DNA of 64,000 nt, taken from IMG/VR virus record IMGVR_UViG_2671180612_000001, positions 47,561 through 111,560 of that record. One strand, written 5' to 3'. Positions 9,174-17,631 of this stretch are shown here, piece by piece (position 1 is the stretch's first letter; each line of letters opens with the position of its first letter). The notes beneath the pieces are model-generated. The model was not told where the DNA came from. It did not search any database and saw only the letters and a program-made list of their open reading frames with translations. The position numbers and the translations under genes are program-made. Source of the stretch: a virus (Duplodnaviria; Caudoviricetes).

Positions 9174-10811
9174 TCAGCGGTTCCACGCCGGCCGCGGGCT
9201 CGCCACCTTGCGGAAGACGAGCGGCGAGACCTTGATCTGGAACGCCTTGGACGCCTCGCGGCGCCAGGACATCGCGAGGTTGAAGAGGTCCATGTAGGAG
9301 CTCACGCCCGTCGCAGCGTCGAGACCCTCCATCTTGTGCGGCAGGGTGCGCAGCAGGAGCTTCTCACCGTTGCGGAACGGGATCGGCACGCTGTTCTCCG
9401 CGCCCCGACGGTTGACGCCGCCCGTGACCGGCATCGTCAGCCCGCCGCGGTAGCGGAGCTGCAAGGACGCGCCGACGAAAATCGTCTCCTCGGACAGAAG
9501 CTCGACCTCGCAGAGCGCTTCCATCCAGTCGCCGGCGACGATCCCGAGGGCCGAGTAGCTCGGCATGACCGGCGTGAGCGACAGCGAGTTGACGCCAGCA
9601 GCCGGAGCGGCCGGGGTGATGGTGAAGACCTGCTTCTCGGCAACGCCGGCCTCGATCACCTCCTTCGAGGCGACGATCGCTTCGGTCTGGCCGGCACCGC
9701 GGTTCACCGTGACGCTCGTTGCGACGCTGCCGGTGATCCCGCCGTTCTTGGTGCCGTTGGTGCCGAGGAACCCGCCCGTCGCGAGCAGATTGCCGGCGCG
9801 CGAACGATCCACGAAATCGCCTGCCGTCACCATGGAGCGCAGCACGTCGAGGAGCATCCCCGGTTCGGAGTTGCGGATCCAGTGACCGACCGACGTCATG
9901 TGGATGCCGTCCTCGAGGATCGGCTGGCCGGACGCGATCGCGTCCCGGATGAGCTTGCGATCATCGACGACCTTCACGCCCTCGCGAGAGCCGAGCGTCG
10001 CGCACCAGGCGCCGAAGTTTTCGAGCGTCACATGGCGCGGATCGCCGACCTTCCAGTCGGTGCGCGGGGTCGGCATGAGGACCACGGCCCAGATGCCGGC
10101 ATAGCGGAGCATGGTGAGGATGCGATCGAGCCGGAGCTTCAAGGTCTCGAGCGTGATCGGGGTCTTGCCGTCGGCCTGGCGCCGGCTGTTCACGTCGTTG
10201 GTGCCGATGTCCACGACCACGATGTCGGGCCGCATGTCGATCGTGCGCTTCAGGCGCTCGTAGCCGCCGTTGAGGTCGTCACCGCCCAGACCTGCCTGCG
10301 ATCCGGCGAAGCCCTTGGCGTCGCCCGCGCGGTTCTGCGCATAGTCCTTATCGAACCAGGAGTTGACGTTGAAGCGCCCGTCCATGGACTGAAGAAGGCC
10401 CATGTCGCCGAACGCCGCGCCGGTGTTGATGTCGATGCGGTTGTGGAGCGCCGGCGGGACCGCGTTGCCGAAAGCGTAGCCCGAGCGCGCGATGAAGCTG
10501 TGGCCGAGACCCATGACCTTGGCGCCGGTCTTCAGTGGAAGAGCGGGAAGAGTGCGCGGGGTCGCGAAAGGAGCGCTGGTCGGCAGAACCTCTGCGGTGA
10601 GAGACGCGCCGTCGGGATCGGCGGGAAGGGTAAGCTTCCAGAAGCCGAACTCGTCGGCATGAATCGTTCCGGCGAGCGAGGCGCCGGCCTTGACCGTCAC
10701 CGGCACGCCAGCACGCGCCCGGCCCGAGACGACGAACGTCTTGACGTCATAGGCGTCGATCGTGGGAACCGTATCAGCGGGGATCTTCGAGTAGGGACCG
10801 TATCCGGACAT
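9174..10811 (-). CDS. SGNH/GDSL hydrolase with Ig-like N-terminus
   Basis: GHSF, GTND and DGIH motifs. Confidence 0.75.
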   Translation of the reverse strand: MSGYGPYSKIPADTVPTIDAYDVKTFVVSGRARAGVPVTVKAGASLAGTIHADEFGFWKLTLPADPDGASLTAEVLPTSAPFATPRTLPALPLKTGAKVMGLGHSFIARSGYAFGNAVPPALHNRIDINTGAAFGDMGLLQSMDGRFNVNSWFDKDYAQNRAGDAKGFAGSQAGLGGDDLNGGYERLKRTIDMRPDIVVVDIGTNDVNSRRQADGKTPITLETLKLRLDRILTMLRYAGIWAVVLMPTPRTDWKVGDPRHVTLENFGAWCATLGSREGVKVVDDRKLIRDAIASGQPILEDGIHMTSVGHWIRNSEPGMLLDVLRSMVTAGDFVDRSRAGNLLATGGFLGTNGTKNGGITGSVATSVTVNRGAGQTEAIVASKEVIEAGVAEKQVFTITPAAPAAGVNSLSLTPVMPSYSALGIVAGDWMEALCEVELLSEETIFVGASLQLRYRGGLTMPVTGGVNRRGAENSVPIPFRNGEKLLLRTLPHKMEGLDAATGVSSYMDLFNLAMSWRREASKAFQIKVSPLVFRKVASPRPAWNR

Positions 10812-10814
10812 CGA

Positions 10815-11093
10815 TCAGCCCTTCGTCACGATTGCGGAGCCCGGCAGACGCTTGGCGCGGGCATAGACGGTCTCGGTGGTGAGAGAGCCGAACGAGAAGG
10901 AGCGATGCGCGCCGGCGCCGACCGTATGGGCCTCGTCGTTCTGCGGATCGGGAAGCTCGCTATCGAGGCGAACGAGGATGTCGGTGCCCTCGCTCTCGAC
11001 CAGGAGCTCCGAGACGCCAGAGGCAATCTCGGTCCACTCGTCGCGGGTGAGGTTGAAACGCTTGGTCGGCTGGAAAGCCATGATGAACTCCAT
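10815..11093 (-). CDS. small beta-rich hypothetical protein (start may be 11081)
   Basis: First gene of the reverse operon, downstream of the box at 11119. Confidence 0.6.
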   Translation of the reverse strand: MEFIMAFQPTKRFNLTRDEWTEIASGVSELLVESEGTDILVRLDSELPDPQNDEAHTVGAGAHRSFSFGSLTTETVYARAKRLPGSAIVTKG

Positions 11094-11118
11094 TGGGAAC
11101 AGGAGCCACCATCATAGC

Positions 11119-11134
11119 AAGTAAGCGCTTACTT
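11119..11134. promoter_or_regulatory. perfect palindromic copy AAGTAAGCGCTTACTT of the window-wide operator-like box
   Basis: One of 21 intergenic copies of AGTAA-N4-TTACT; lies between divergent genes. Confidence 0.8.
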
Positions 11135-11204
11135 AACCAAGGGGAACCATATGGAAAGAGGGAAGAAGGCAGGCTGCGCGGGCACCAGAATCAGGAGAGA
11201 CCCG

Positions 11205-11402
11205 GTGAGCAAAGACCTGGACGAGTTCGATCGCCTTCTCGCGGCCTACACGGAAGCGGCCTACAAATACGGAGCTGCCGAGGAGAGCAAGAAGATCAAG
11301 CGCCTGGCGGACGCATCACAGGACAGGGGCCTGACACACAACGAGCTCCGGACATTCGTCGCCGATCGCCTCAAGAGGCTCGAGGAAGCAGAGCGCTACT
11401 AG
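11205..11402 (+). CDS. hypothetical protein
   Basis: AGGAGAG RBS, GTG start. Confidence 0.55.
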   Translation: MSKDLDEFDRLLAAYTEAAYKYGAAEESKKIKRLADASQDRGLTHNELRTFVADRLKRLEEAERY

Positions 11403-12320
11403 CGCTTCGATTAAGGGCGATGGACCTTTACACAGAGGTCCAGTCCGACCCAGGCCAGGCTGACAAGCGTAAACCAGGCGGTTGACGCAAACCCTTGTGA
11501 GACTGGAAACGACCTTTACGCGAGCTTTACGCCCGGAGAACCTGAAACCTCGATTTCGGGAAAGACGTAAACGTCGACCCGATCGCGCGCACAGACCAAG
11601 AGAACAGACCAGCGCAGCGCAAAGAGCACCAGAAACGCACAGAGCAGCTCACCAGCGCGATCCAAGCGTCTGACGCGCACAGAGAGAGCGAAACACTCGG
11701 GAAGCTATTCAGCGACGAACCCTGACGATTTCGAGAAAACAGACCAAACGCATACCCCGCAGCATCGAAAACATATCCGAGATCATCACCCATAGAGAGC
11801 GACAGAGCACGCAGACCCATAAGAGACGCATGAGCACCGGAAAGCAGCACAGCACCCATAGAGAGGGACAAGCGCACGCTTCCGGCATGTGAGAGCAGAG
11901 AGCACGCATAGAGGGGCATAGGGGGAGATAGTGAGCTGGTCTGGTGGGGTTGGCGCCTCGCCACAAACAGCCTCGAACTTCCAGACCGACCACCTCAACC
12001 CGAACGCACGCGCCGTAAGCATCCGCTTTCAATCCACACGCGCTCATGAGACAAACGATCAACGACGCTTGCAGAGCTGGGCGAGCGTTCGTGTGTTGCT
12101 GACGGCAACGTCGAGGTCCACCAGCTACCAGCCGGTCTCCGGCTACCTGATCCGACAACGCCACAATTTCAGGGCTCGCTTGATCCTACGGGGTCGGCGA
12201 GCCTCTTTTTTGGCTGACGGAAAAATTAGGAACGGAGGCACTCCCCTGTAGGAGCATAGCCGTCACGGGGAACCCATGCCCCGCGTCCTTGGAACGCCGA
12301 TCCCCACACGAGCCGGAGAT

Positions 12321-12366
12321 CCATGGGTTTCCACGGCGCCCCGTGGTTTTCCGAGGAGGCCCGCGG
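12321..12366. repeat. 10-bp-phased CCNNGG array (5 units)
   Basis: CCATGG 12321, CCACGG 12331, CCGTGG 12341, CCGAGG 12351, CCGCGG 12361. Confidence 0.8.
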
Positions 12367-12393
12367 GGTTTCCCGTGCCGGAGACGTCCGCCC

Positions 12394-12470
12394 CTAATCG
12401 CCTCTCGTCTACATTAGAAACCTGTCTAGTAGATAACTTACCTTTGTAGGTGAGTGGCATTTAGCTCCGG
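12394..12470. repeat. AT-cored inverted-repeat element, copy 1 (degenerate)
   Basis: TCTACATTAGAA...TGTAGGTGAGTGGCATTTAGCTCCGG, similar to 26741-26833. Confidence 0.7.
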
Positions 12471-12680
12471 CGCGATCCTTTGCACGGAAACGCGCTCACG
12501 CACGACGGCTCCCGGCCCGCTCCTAAGTAATTCCTTCCGTATATCCGCCCGAAACGCGCCGACAAGACCCCGCGACTACACGCTTCAAGCCCATATCGTG
12601 ATGCTTCATATTCACAATGCAAGCAACGAAGAAAACAAGAGCTTGCAAGCGATAGCAACGCACACACAAGGGTTTATCAA

Positions 12681-13550
12681 ATGTCGAAGCGCACCGCGAA
12701 GAACACCGCCGCCCAGATCGAGAACGTCGTCCTCGAGGGCGAGATCATCGCTCCGGTCGTCGAGCAGATCACCGAGACCAACGAGCCCACGGAAGCCGAG
12801 CTCGACGCCATCGAGACCGCCGAGGTCCAGTCCGAAGCCTACCAGGCCCAGGCGTCCGAGATCGACGAGGTCAACCCGGACCAGGCACCGGCAGGCGACG
12901 AGCCCGAGCTCCTCACCGACGAGCCGGAGCAGAAGACGCTCGCCCAGATGATCGAGGGCATCGAGCGCGACCACGCCGTCGCCATGCAGCACCACATCGC
13001 CGCGGAGATCGACGACCGCATGGACTACGAGAGCGACAAGGGGAACGAGACGATCCAGCGCTCCTTGAAGAGCTCCCGCGCGAAGATGACCACCGACCTC
13101 CTCGCCGCCTACGCCTTTGCCGCGACGAGCGTCGACCCGTCGGTCTTCAACGTCGGACGCGCCTCGACGAACCGCTACAACGTCTACGCCATCGACAAGG
13201 TCGCGGACCTGGCGCGCTCGCTCGCCTCGGGGCACTTCATGAAGAACGCCATCAACCGCGCTGTGTGCCGCTCGCTCTTCACGTTCCGCCACTCCGGCGA
13301 GCGCTTCACGATGGAGATCGCCAAGGCAGCGTGCTCCGACAAGATCCGCGTGTCGCCGGCGATCTCGCGCCATCTGATCCGTCACACGGTCTCGGCGTCG
13401 ACCGCGCCCACCCAGGCGTCGTCCACCATGCAGGCCCTCGAGACGCTCGGCATCGTCAAGAACGTCGGCACCGCCCGCGGCGCCGTCTACGAGCTGACCG
13501 ACACGGCGCAGGCGCGCGCCCTCGAGGAGCTCTGCACGAAGGCAGCGTAA
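12681..13550 (+). CDS. hypothetical protein with acidic N-terminus; C-terminal domain paralogous to 15536-16132
   Basis: Long ORF with its own upstream AT-rich region and terminator; manual alignment. Confidence 0.8.
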   Translation: MSKRTAKNTAAQIENVVLEGEIIAPVVEQITETNEPTEAELDAIETAEVQSEAYQAQASEIDEVNPDQAPAGDEPELLTDEPEQKTLAQMIEGIERDHAVAMQHHIAAEIDDRMDYESDKGNETIQRSLKSSRAKMTTDLLAAYAFAATSVDPSVFNVGRASTNRYNVYAIDKVADLARSLASGHFMKNAINRAVCRSLFTFRHSGERFTMEIAKAACSDKIRVSPAISRHLIRHTVSASTAPTQASSTMQALETLGIVKNVGTARGAVYELTDTAQARALEELCTKAA

Positions 13551-13561
13551 GGGAGAGGAGG

Positions 13562-13588
13562 GAAAGGTGCTTCGGCGCCTTTTCTTTG
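13562..13588 (+). terminator. intrinsic terminator
   Basis: AAAGGTGC-TTCG-GCGCCTTTTTCTTT. Confidence 0.7.
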
Positions 13589-13762
13589 CGCCTGGCTCGC
13601 GGGGCGGTTTGGTATGGCTGGGACTAAATGGGAGCCGCCCTGTGTCGCGGGGTTTTTAGGAACGGGGCGCTCCCCTGTGTAGGCGAGGACACCGTCGGGC
13701 CGGCGCGGTAGACAGAGGAAAGCCGTGGGTGCCCACGGGAGCCGCCGAGCCGGAGGAATGCC

Positions 13763-13981
13763 ATGGAACTGATCCTCGACATGCAGGCAGAGGAAGGGGA
13801 ATCGCAGCAGGAGTTGGACGCTCTCATCACCCTGGCCTTCATTTACAAGCTGAAGGTCAAGACGGAAGGAGGCGGGAAAGCAGAGCGCCCCTTCGCACGG
13901 GTTCATGGGGTAATCGACCCTGCCGTCTTGCATCGGATCCTGTCGGAGATGCAGCCGGACCCGAAGCCTGAAAGCCCCTGA
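13763..13981 (+). CDS. hypothetical protein
   Basis: GGAGG RBS. Confidence 0.4.
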   Translation: MELILDMQAEEGESQQELDALITLAFIYKLKVKTEGGGKAERPFARVHGVIDPAVLHRILSEMQPDPKPESP

Positions 13982-14053
13982 ACAAGCGTCTGTGACCCCA
14001 TAGCGAGCAATGCGACTCTCATCGTGTCAGCAACACGAGAGCGAGACATCGCC

Positions 14054-14302
14054 ATGCAGATCGCACAAGCTCCCCAGACGCCCGCCGAGATCGCTGCCCT
14101 CCGGATCTCCCTCGACTTCCTGTCGTTCCAGCAGGGCCACTTCGAGCCCTACAACCCCAAGCGCGTCGCGCGCACCATCGGCGAGATCCGGCGCCGGCGC
14201 GCCCTCGAGCTCCAGACCCAGCGTGCCGCGCACCTCATCAAGCGAATGTGCATGGGACTGGTCCTAGTCCTGGCAGGCGCAGGCGTGGTCTCTCTCCTCT
14301 AG
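14054..14302 (+). CDS. hypothetical protein with C-terminal TM helix
   Basis: TGTCAGCAACACGA leader; hydrophobic C-terminus. Confidence 0.6.
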   Translation: MQIAQAPQTPAEIAALRISLDFLSFQQGHFEPYNPKRVARTIGEIRRRRALELQTQRAAHLIKRMCMGLVLVLAGAGVVSLL

Positions 14303-14584
14303 GCGCCTGTCACAACCTGCAGGCGCTCAACGCGGGCCAGGCGAGTCACCCAACAGCTCGACCTGGTCCGCACCCGTCCAGGCCCGTCCAGGTCCAGTAA
14401 GGCCAGGCACGGGTCTTTTCGCGTCAGGCTGCGCCCCGCGGGCCTCCTCGGCGGCTCCCGGCCGAGCTCTTCCCCACCAGACACCTCTCGACCGCGCTCA
14501 ACGTGCCGTCGCTGCACGCTTATAGCCCGTAAGTCGCTGATTTATATTCATAATTGTCAGCAACACGAAACGAGAGAGTTTCAC

Positions 14585-14923
14585 ATGACCCGCACTGCTT
14601 CGCTCAACGCTTCCGCCTCGATCGTCGCTCGCTTCGCCGATGCCATCGAGCTTGCCGATGCGTTCAAGGTCGATCATGTGCCCGCCAACATCGACGCCGA
14701 CCTGTTCAAGCGCTCGTCCGAGGGAACGCTGCGCTCCGCTGGCGACCGCTTCCGGCTCGCGATCCAGCATTCCGGACTGTCGCCCGACGACATGCCTGCT
14801 ATTCGTGACCAGGGGATGCAGCTCGTCGAGGAGCGCAAGCGCATTCGCCGGGAAGAAGCCGCTCACCGTGCCGCCAAGCGTGAAGCCGCGCTCGCGAGCC
14901 GGGAAGAGCGCGAATACGCTTAG
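14585..14923 (+). CDS. hypothetical protein
   Basis: Same TGTCAGCAACACGA leader, GAGAGAG RBS. Confidence 0.7.
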   Translation: MTRTASLNASASIVARFADAIELADAFKVDHVPANIDADLFKRSSEGTLRSAGDRFRLAIQHSGLSPDDMPAIRDQGMQLVEERKRIRREEAAHRAAKREAALASREEREYA

Positions 14924-15535
14924 ATCCAGCCTAGCGGAGAGCGTCGCGTCACAGCGGCGCTTTCTTGTGGGCTGGGCGAGCGGGACGGGTCGGGGCGGAG
15001 ACGGATCAAGGGGGCGGGGAGGGGACGCGCCTGCCTCGAGGAATTTTGGAACGGCTGGGCTAAATGGGACTCGGGGAAACGACTGCGGGGCGTCGTTTCC
15101 CCTTGTTGCCGCCGGCCCACCTCCGACTGCCCCGTGGGTGCCCGCGGCGAATACCGTGCCAACGGAAATTAGGAACGGGGAGGAAAGGACGTGGGCGCCC
15201 AAGATCCGGACGGGGATGGGCCTATGCGGCGCCCCGAGGGCGCCCGCGGGGCGGGGGCGCGCGTAGGACGCCCCGCGACGGGGAGCAAATCACAAAACCG
15301 GGGCAACGCGTAGCTGACTACGGGTCAGTCGGGGCGCGCGACTAGGACGACGCGCGTCGGGGAGCAAGTCACGAAAGCGGGGCTCACAGGGGCGTGACGC
15401 AATTCATTTTCGTTCGTCGCGACTCATTCCTTTTCGTTTTTGCGTAAGTAAGCGCTTGCTTATTCATGTGCGTCGTATAAATTCATTTGTGTCGCACACA
15501 GACGACATCAGCAACACACAAAGAAAGACACTCAC

Positions 15536-16132
15536 ATGACGCAGATCGCTTCTAACGACTTCGCTGCTAAGCTCGCTGCATACGCTGACGCTGCTAAGCT
15601 CAACATCGTGACGCGCAAAGACAAAGTGTCTGACGCGAACGCTAAGCACTTCGATCGCTCGATCGCGATGCTTGCGAATGAGACGATCGCACAAGCTCTT
15701 ATCGCTGCTGACGTCGATGCGTCGCGCTACACGTCGCAAGTCTATGCGTTCAAGAAAGAGAACGCTATTCTTGACTATCTCTTCAATAATAAGACGATGC
15801 AGAACTATATCGCAGAGATTTTTGTCAGCGCGTTTCGTAAGCATCACGTCAAGAACGCAGCGTTGACGAAGAGCGAAGCGAAGCTTGCGCTTAACAAGTC
15901 TGCGAAGCTTAGCGAAAGCGAAGCAACGTATATCGTGCAACAGTCGAAAATCATCGATGAAAGCACTGTGAACGCGCAGCATAAGACGACGCTAGACGCT
16001 TTCGTCAATCTGCGTATGTTCTCGCAAGTCTCGACGTTCGAAACGCGCGACGCTTACGCAATCAATCTCGAAAGCGACATGACGCAGCGCATGATTGCGC
16101 GTCTTAACATCGCTGATATGTTCGCTGCGTAA
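15536..16132 (+). CDS. hypothetical protein encoded without any GG/CC dinucleotide (no Gly, Pro, Trp); paralog of 12681-13550
   Basis: 198-aa ORF with upstream box, leader motif and downstream hairpin. Confidence 0.85.
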   Translation: MTQIASNDFAAKLAAYADAAKLNIVTRKDKVSDANAKHFDRSIAMLANETIAQALIAADVDASRYTSQVYAFKKENAILDYLFNNKTMQNYIAEIFVSAFRKHHVKNAALTKSEAKLALNKSAKLSESEATYIVQQSKIIDESTVNAQHKTTLDAFVNLRMFSQVSTFETRDAYAINLESDMTQRMIARLNIADMFAA

Positions 16133-16148
16133 ATCGACACAGACGCTC

Positions 16149-16175
16149 GCTGACGCGCTTCGATAGCGCGTCAGC
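16149..16175 (+). terminator. GG/CC-free hairpin after the 15536 gene
   Basis: GCTGACGCGCT-TCGAT-AGCGCGTCAGC, 11-bp perfect stem; no clear U-tract. Confidence 0.55.
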
Positions 16176-16489
16176 TACTCGCGAAGCTCTCACGCTCAAA
16201 CGCTCGCTCTTGAGCTTCTATGACGATCCCAGAGCGTGAGACACCCCAGCCACAGCGCGCGACACTCGCCCAATCCCTCCTCGCGCATCGCGTGACATCG
16301 GGGACACAGCCCCAGGGGACGACGTGTGCTGGGTGGACACACTCTGTTGCACGGGGACCATGTGGCGGGAAGGACACGAGGTCCTAGAAGCCCCGCCACA
16401 GGTCGAAGGGGATGCCTTTTGAGGGCGAGACACTCCCCGGCCTGGACCCTTAATCCTACATCGACTTAGAGTAGATCGGAGGGGCTGCG

Positions 16490-17131
16490 ATGGATGGTTT
16501 GGCATCGCTGTTTAACACGCTGAAGACGCCGTCGTTTGCGGCTGGCTTGGTCTTCCTCATCGGAGGCATATTGGTTCGGTTCGGGATCTACCTCGGCGAG
16601 ATCCAAGAGTCGGCATTCGATGGAAGCATCCGCACCTACGCCGGCATATCGATAGCCCTCGGAGCGACGATCTTCGCCGTTGCGCTCCTGCTCCGAGCCG
16701 CTCACTGGTTGCGAAAAGTGCCCGCGATCAGGGCAGCACGAGCGAAGAACATACGGGAGCGTGAGATCGTCCTGGAGGCCTCGCGCGCACTCAGCATGGA
16801 CGCCACGACGATCCTCTACGGATTGCTGCGAAACGACAGTAGGACATCGCGCGGCTTCAGCGCGCCGGCGATGAACGAGCTTCAGCAGCTCGACATCATT
16901 CGCCCTGCCGGGGACTACAAATACAAGATTAACGAGTCCGTCATGATCGAGATCACCCCTCAAGTCTGGGATCAACGGGATCGGATCAAGCTGGAGCTCG
17001 TAGAAGCGCTCAAGGATTATACGGGTAATCCGCTCTTCGATGACGAGGCATACGAGATCCTCGTCGCTCAGCAGATCGCTGCCAGAGATCGGCAAGGCAG
17101 AGGTCGTCAGCATGACTGGATGGGGTTCTGA
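16490..17131 (+). CDS. SieB-like superinfection exclusion membrane protein
   Basis: Two N-terminal TM helices then a soluble domain (LS..A..IL...L..L.II...ITP.VW); lower GC. Confidence 0.5.
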   Translation: MDGLASLFNTLKTPSFAAGLVFLIGGILVRFGIYLGEIQESAFDGSIRTYAGISIALGATIFAVALLLRAAHWLRKVPAIRAARAKNIREREIVLEASRALSMDATTILYGLLRNDSRTSRGFSAPAMNELQQLDIIRPAGDYKYKINESVMIEITPQVWDQRDRIKLELVEALKDYTGNPLFDDEAYEILVAQQIAARDRQGRGRQHDWMGF

Positions 17132-17232
17132 TTGCGCTGGGAACGACGCTCTGGGGTAGGCGCCCCGATGCCCCGTGGATCTGACCCTTAATCCGCCGCT
17201 GCCGCGCGCCTGCGGCGCACGGAGCTCGAGGG

Positions 17233-17631
17233 CTACTGCGACAAGGGCATGTCACCGAGGAGCTGGTCGACCTTCTGGCGCGTCTCCATCCGCTTGGCGA
17301 TGTCCTTTGCCACCTCGGCACAGTAGGCGTCCCTGATGCCGACGTCCTTGCCGAACTCGCCCTCGACGTATCGACGCGCGAAATCCCAGTGCTTCTTGAG
17401 ATTGGGCTTGGTCAATGAAGCCGCAACGCGCTTGAAGGTGGTCTCCTTCTCAAACGTCATCATGGCGTCAGTGACGGACAGACCCTGCGAGTTACAGATC
17501 TGGCGCTGCTGGTAGAGGATGAGCTCCCTACCTTGCCATGAAGCTGGCATCTCCTGCGCGAGAACCGTCTCTGCAAGGAATGCGAGCACCAAGAGCGCCG
17601 CGATGGCGCCCAGCACGATCCGTTTGATCAT
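17233..17631 (-). CDS. secreted/periplasmic hypothetical protein
   Basis: Signal peptide, two Cys; paralog of the neighbour. Confidence 0.7.
   Translation of the reverse strand: MIKRIVLGAIAALLVLAFLAETVLAQEMPASWQGRELILYQQRQICNSQGLSVTDAMMTFEKETTFKRVAASLTKPNLKKHWDFARRYVEGEFGKDVGIRDAYCAEVAKDIAKRMETRQKVDQLLGDMPLSQ

Noticed and set aside
11527-12164. Minus-strand ORFs rich in Leu/Ser/Cys
   Set aside because: By-product of the T-poor top strand; no RBS or typical codon usage.
15536-16132. Explaining the GG/CC void as low-GC horizontal transfer
   Set aside because: The region remains rich in CG and GC dinucleotides and carries this phage's own box and leader motifs; lower GC alone cannot give zero CC/GG over 800 bp.
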